The notes under the pieces were generated by a model. That model searched no databases, was not told where the DNA came from, and saw only the letters and a list, made by a program, of their open reading frames with translations. Shown here piece by piece: positions 62,471 through 64,000 of a stretch of 64,000 nt of DNA (positions are counted from its first letter, which is position 1; each line of letters begins with the position of its first letter). Origin of the DNA: Podarcis liolepis (Eukaryota); NCBI GenBank assembly GCA_965112155.1, contig OZ218105.1, one strand, 5' to 3'. The position numbers and the translations under genes were made by a program.

Positions 62471-64000
62471 ATCTTCAGTGCAGGGTGCTGTGACAAGAGT
62501 TCAGAAAAATGCTTGCAATAATAACATTCTCTATCTCAGAACGCGCCCATTACTATTGGAGTTTCAAACCCTGCTCAGTAACTTTAGCAACTGTCAGAAG
62601 TGACTCTCCAGGATTCTCAGGCAAGTTCTTTCCCTTTCTGAATTACCGCACTTTCTGACCTCCTGACCTTCATGTACAGACCAATCATAGAGGCGCCAAC
62701 CTTCCTGCTGGAGGTTACATGCAAATAAGGCCACAGAGGCCATTCCAAACACAAATCCTGGTCCTCAGATAGACTGAAGTGTCTCCTTACAATGTTGTCA
62801 GGTGAGAAGTTTAGCTCTTAGCCTAGGTGGAACCAGCATGCAACTTCATTGTGAGTTTGGAAGGTAGGATAGCAGCACAGTCACATCAACCGCTACTACT
62901 GTACAACTTCTGAAGCAGTGATGGGGCTGACAAAGGAGTTCAGCATCTTCAGCACCTTTATTCTGTATTCCAAAACAGTTACACATTTAGAAAACTGGAG
63001 CTCTGCTGAAAAGCCAATCAGAGATAACATTCAAAACATCCACACTCGTCAATATGTTTATCTGGGCAACTAAAACATCACACACAAAAAAGCTGAGTAA
63101 AGAAGCAGGCAGGACAAATAATGCAAGCTGCTTTCCATGTCTGGGACTAGGAGGCAATGTCCAAAAGGGATGTCTGGGCAGTGATTCTTAGAGCCATTAC
63201 TAAGTAGAACATTGTGCCCATCAAAGTTCATGTTGCTGTCTCGTCTTCAAAGTGTTAGGTTTCCTATTTGACTAAAATAAGAGCTCAGTGAATTATGCTT
63301 TTATCGCCTATTCTTAGGAGACATTAAAATCTTGGAATACTTCCCTCTCTTCACTTAGACTCCATCCTACACTTCCCAGGAGATAGAAACTTCTGTCTAC
63401 AATATATTATCACAGAGAAGTATAAAGGATTGCCATACAATGAAATGTGCTTGAACTTATAATGGATTGTGGGTTTTAGCCCATTACTATAACATGGTTA
63501 TATTGATTTAAGCCACTGTGGTATGATTGGAATTAATGCAATTAGCGGGCAAAATTCCCCCTACTTCTCATCCGTGGGTTTGTGGATCAACTGCTTGCAT
63601 CCTACCTGGGCTTGACTAAGTCAATCTGGCCAATTCATCTTCCCAGGGAATTCTGGGAACTGTAACTCTGGGAATGAATAGAGGGAAGGTGTCTCCTAAC
63701 AACTCTCAGCACCCTGAACAAAAAATAGGTCACAGCAGGTGCTCTGCAAGTTCTTAAGGTGGGTGCTGGATCACCTCAGTATTGAGTGATATCAGTGTGT
63801 GCACCACATCAGTACACCATACGATGTTGTACGTGATGTCAGCACATCGTGTGATGTTGGCCCCCTCAATAGTGGGGGCAAACTGGCACCTCTGTTTGCT
63901 TTGGGGAAAACCATGACTTTTAAAGTTGTTATGATACTACTTTAAATGTATGATGTGGATGTGGCCCTCATCTCCTACTTCACCACAGACAATTATGAAG

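Noticed and set aside
1-64000. CRISPR arrays, operons, prokaryotic defence systems, rRNA
   Set aside because: The sequence is vertebrate repeat-rich DNA; no regularly spaced repeat-spacer array or gene-dense region was seen.

Overview
Vertebrate genomic DNA, almost certainly from a squamate and most likely a lacertid lizard, judged from three Sauria SINEs of the Podarcis/POM type and typical squamate CR1, L2, Penelope, hAT and Tc1-mariner repeats. No host protein-coding exon could be identified with confidence, so the window reads as intronic or intergenic. The main feature is a young L1-clade LINE on the minus strand (1-~4972). It has its 5' end, a ~1.8 kb CpG-rich 5'UTR, ORF1, and an ORF2 (APE endonuclease + RT) that stays in one frame to the window edge, where it is cut at the Y(ADD) motif. 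The rest is a mosaic of SINEs, LINE remnants, MITEs (several with clear TIRs and TSDs), microsatellites and TE-free enhancer-like tracts. Most interesting observations: (i) a G11 run in L1 ORF1 that toggles between an RGG-rich and a Glu-rich C-terminus; (ii) an ORF0-like antisense ORF with a splice donor in the L1 5'UTR; (iii) a Penelope fragment carrying a minimal hammerhead ribozyme motif; (iv) a ~640 bp element with an L1-type 5' end and poly(A) signal but no L1 ORFs; (v) a nested triple-hairpin palindrome. Repeat family names come from recalled consensus motifs, not from database searches.
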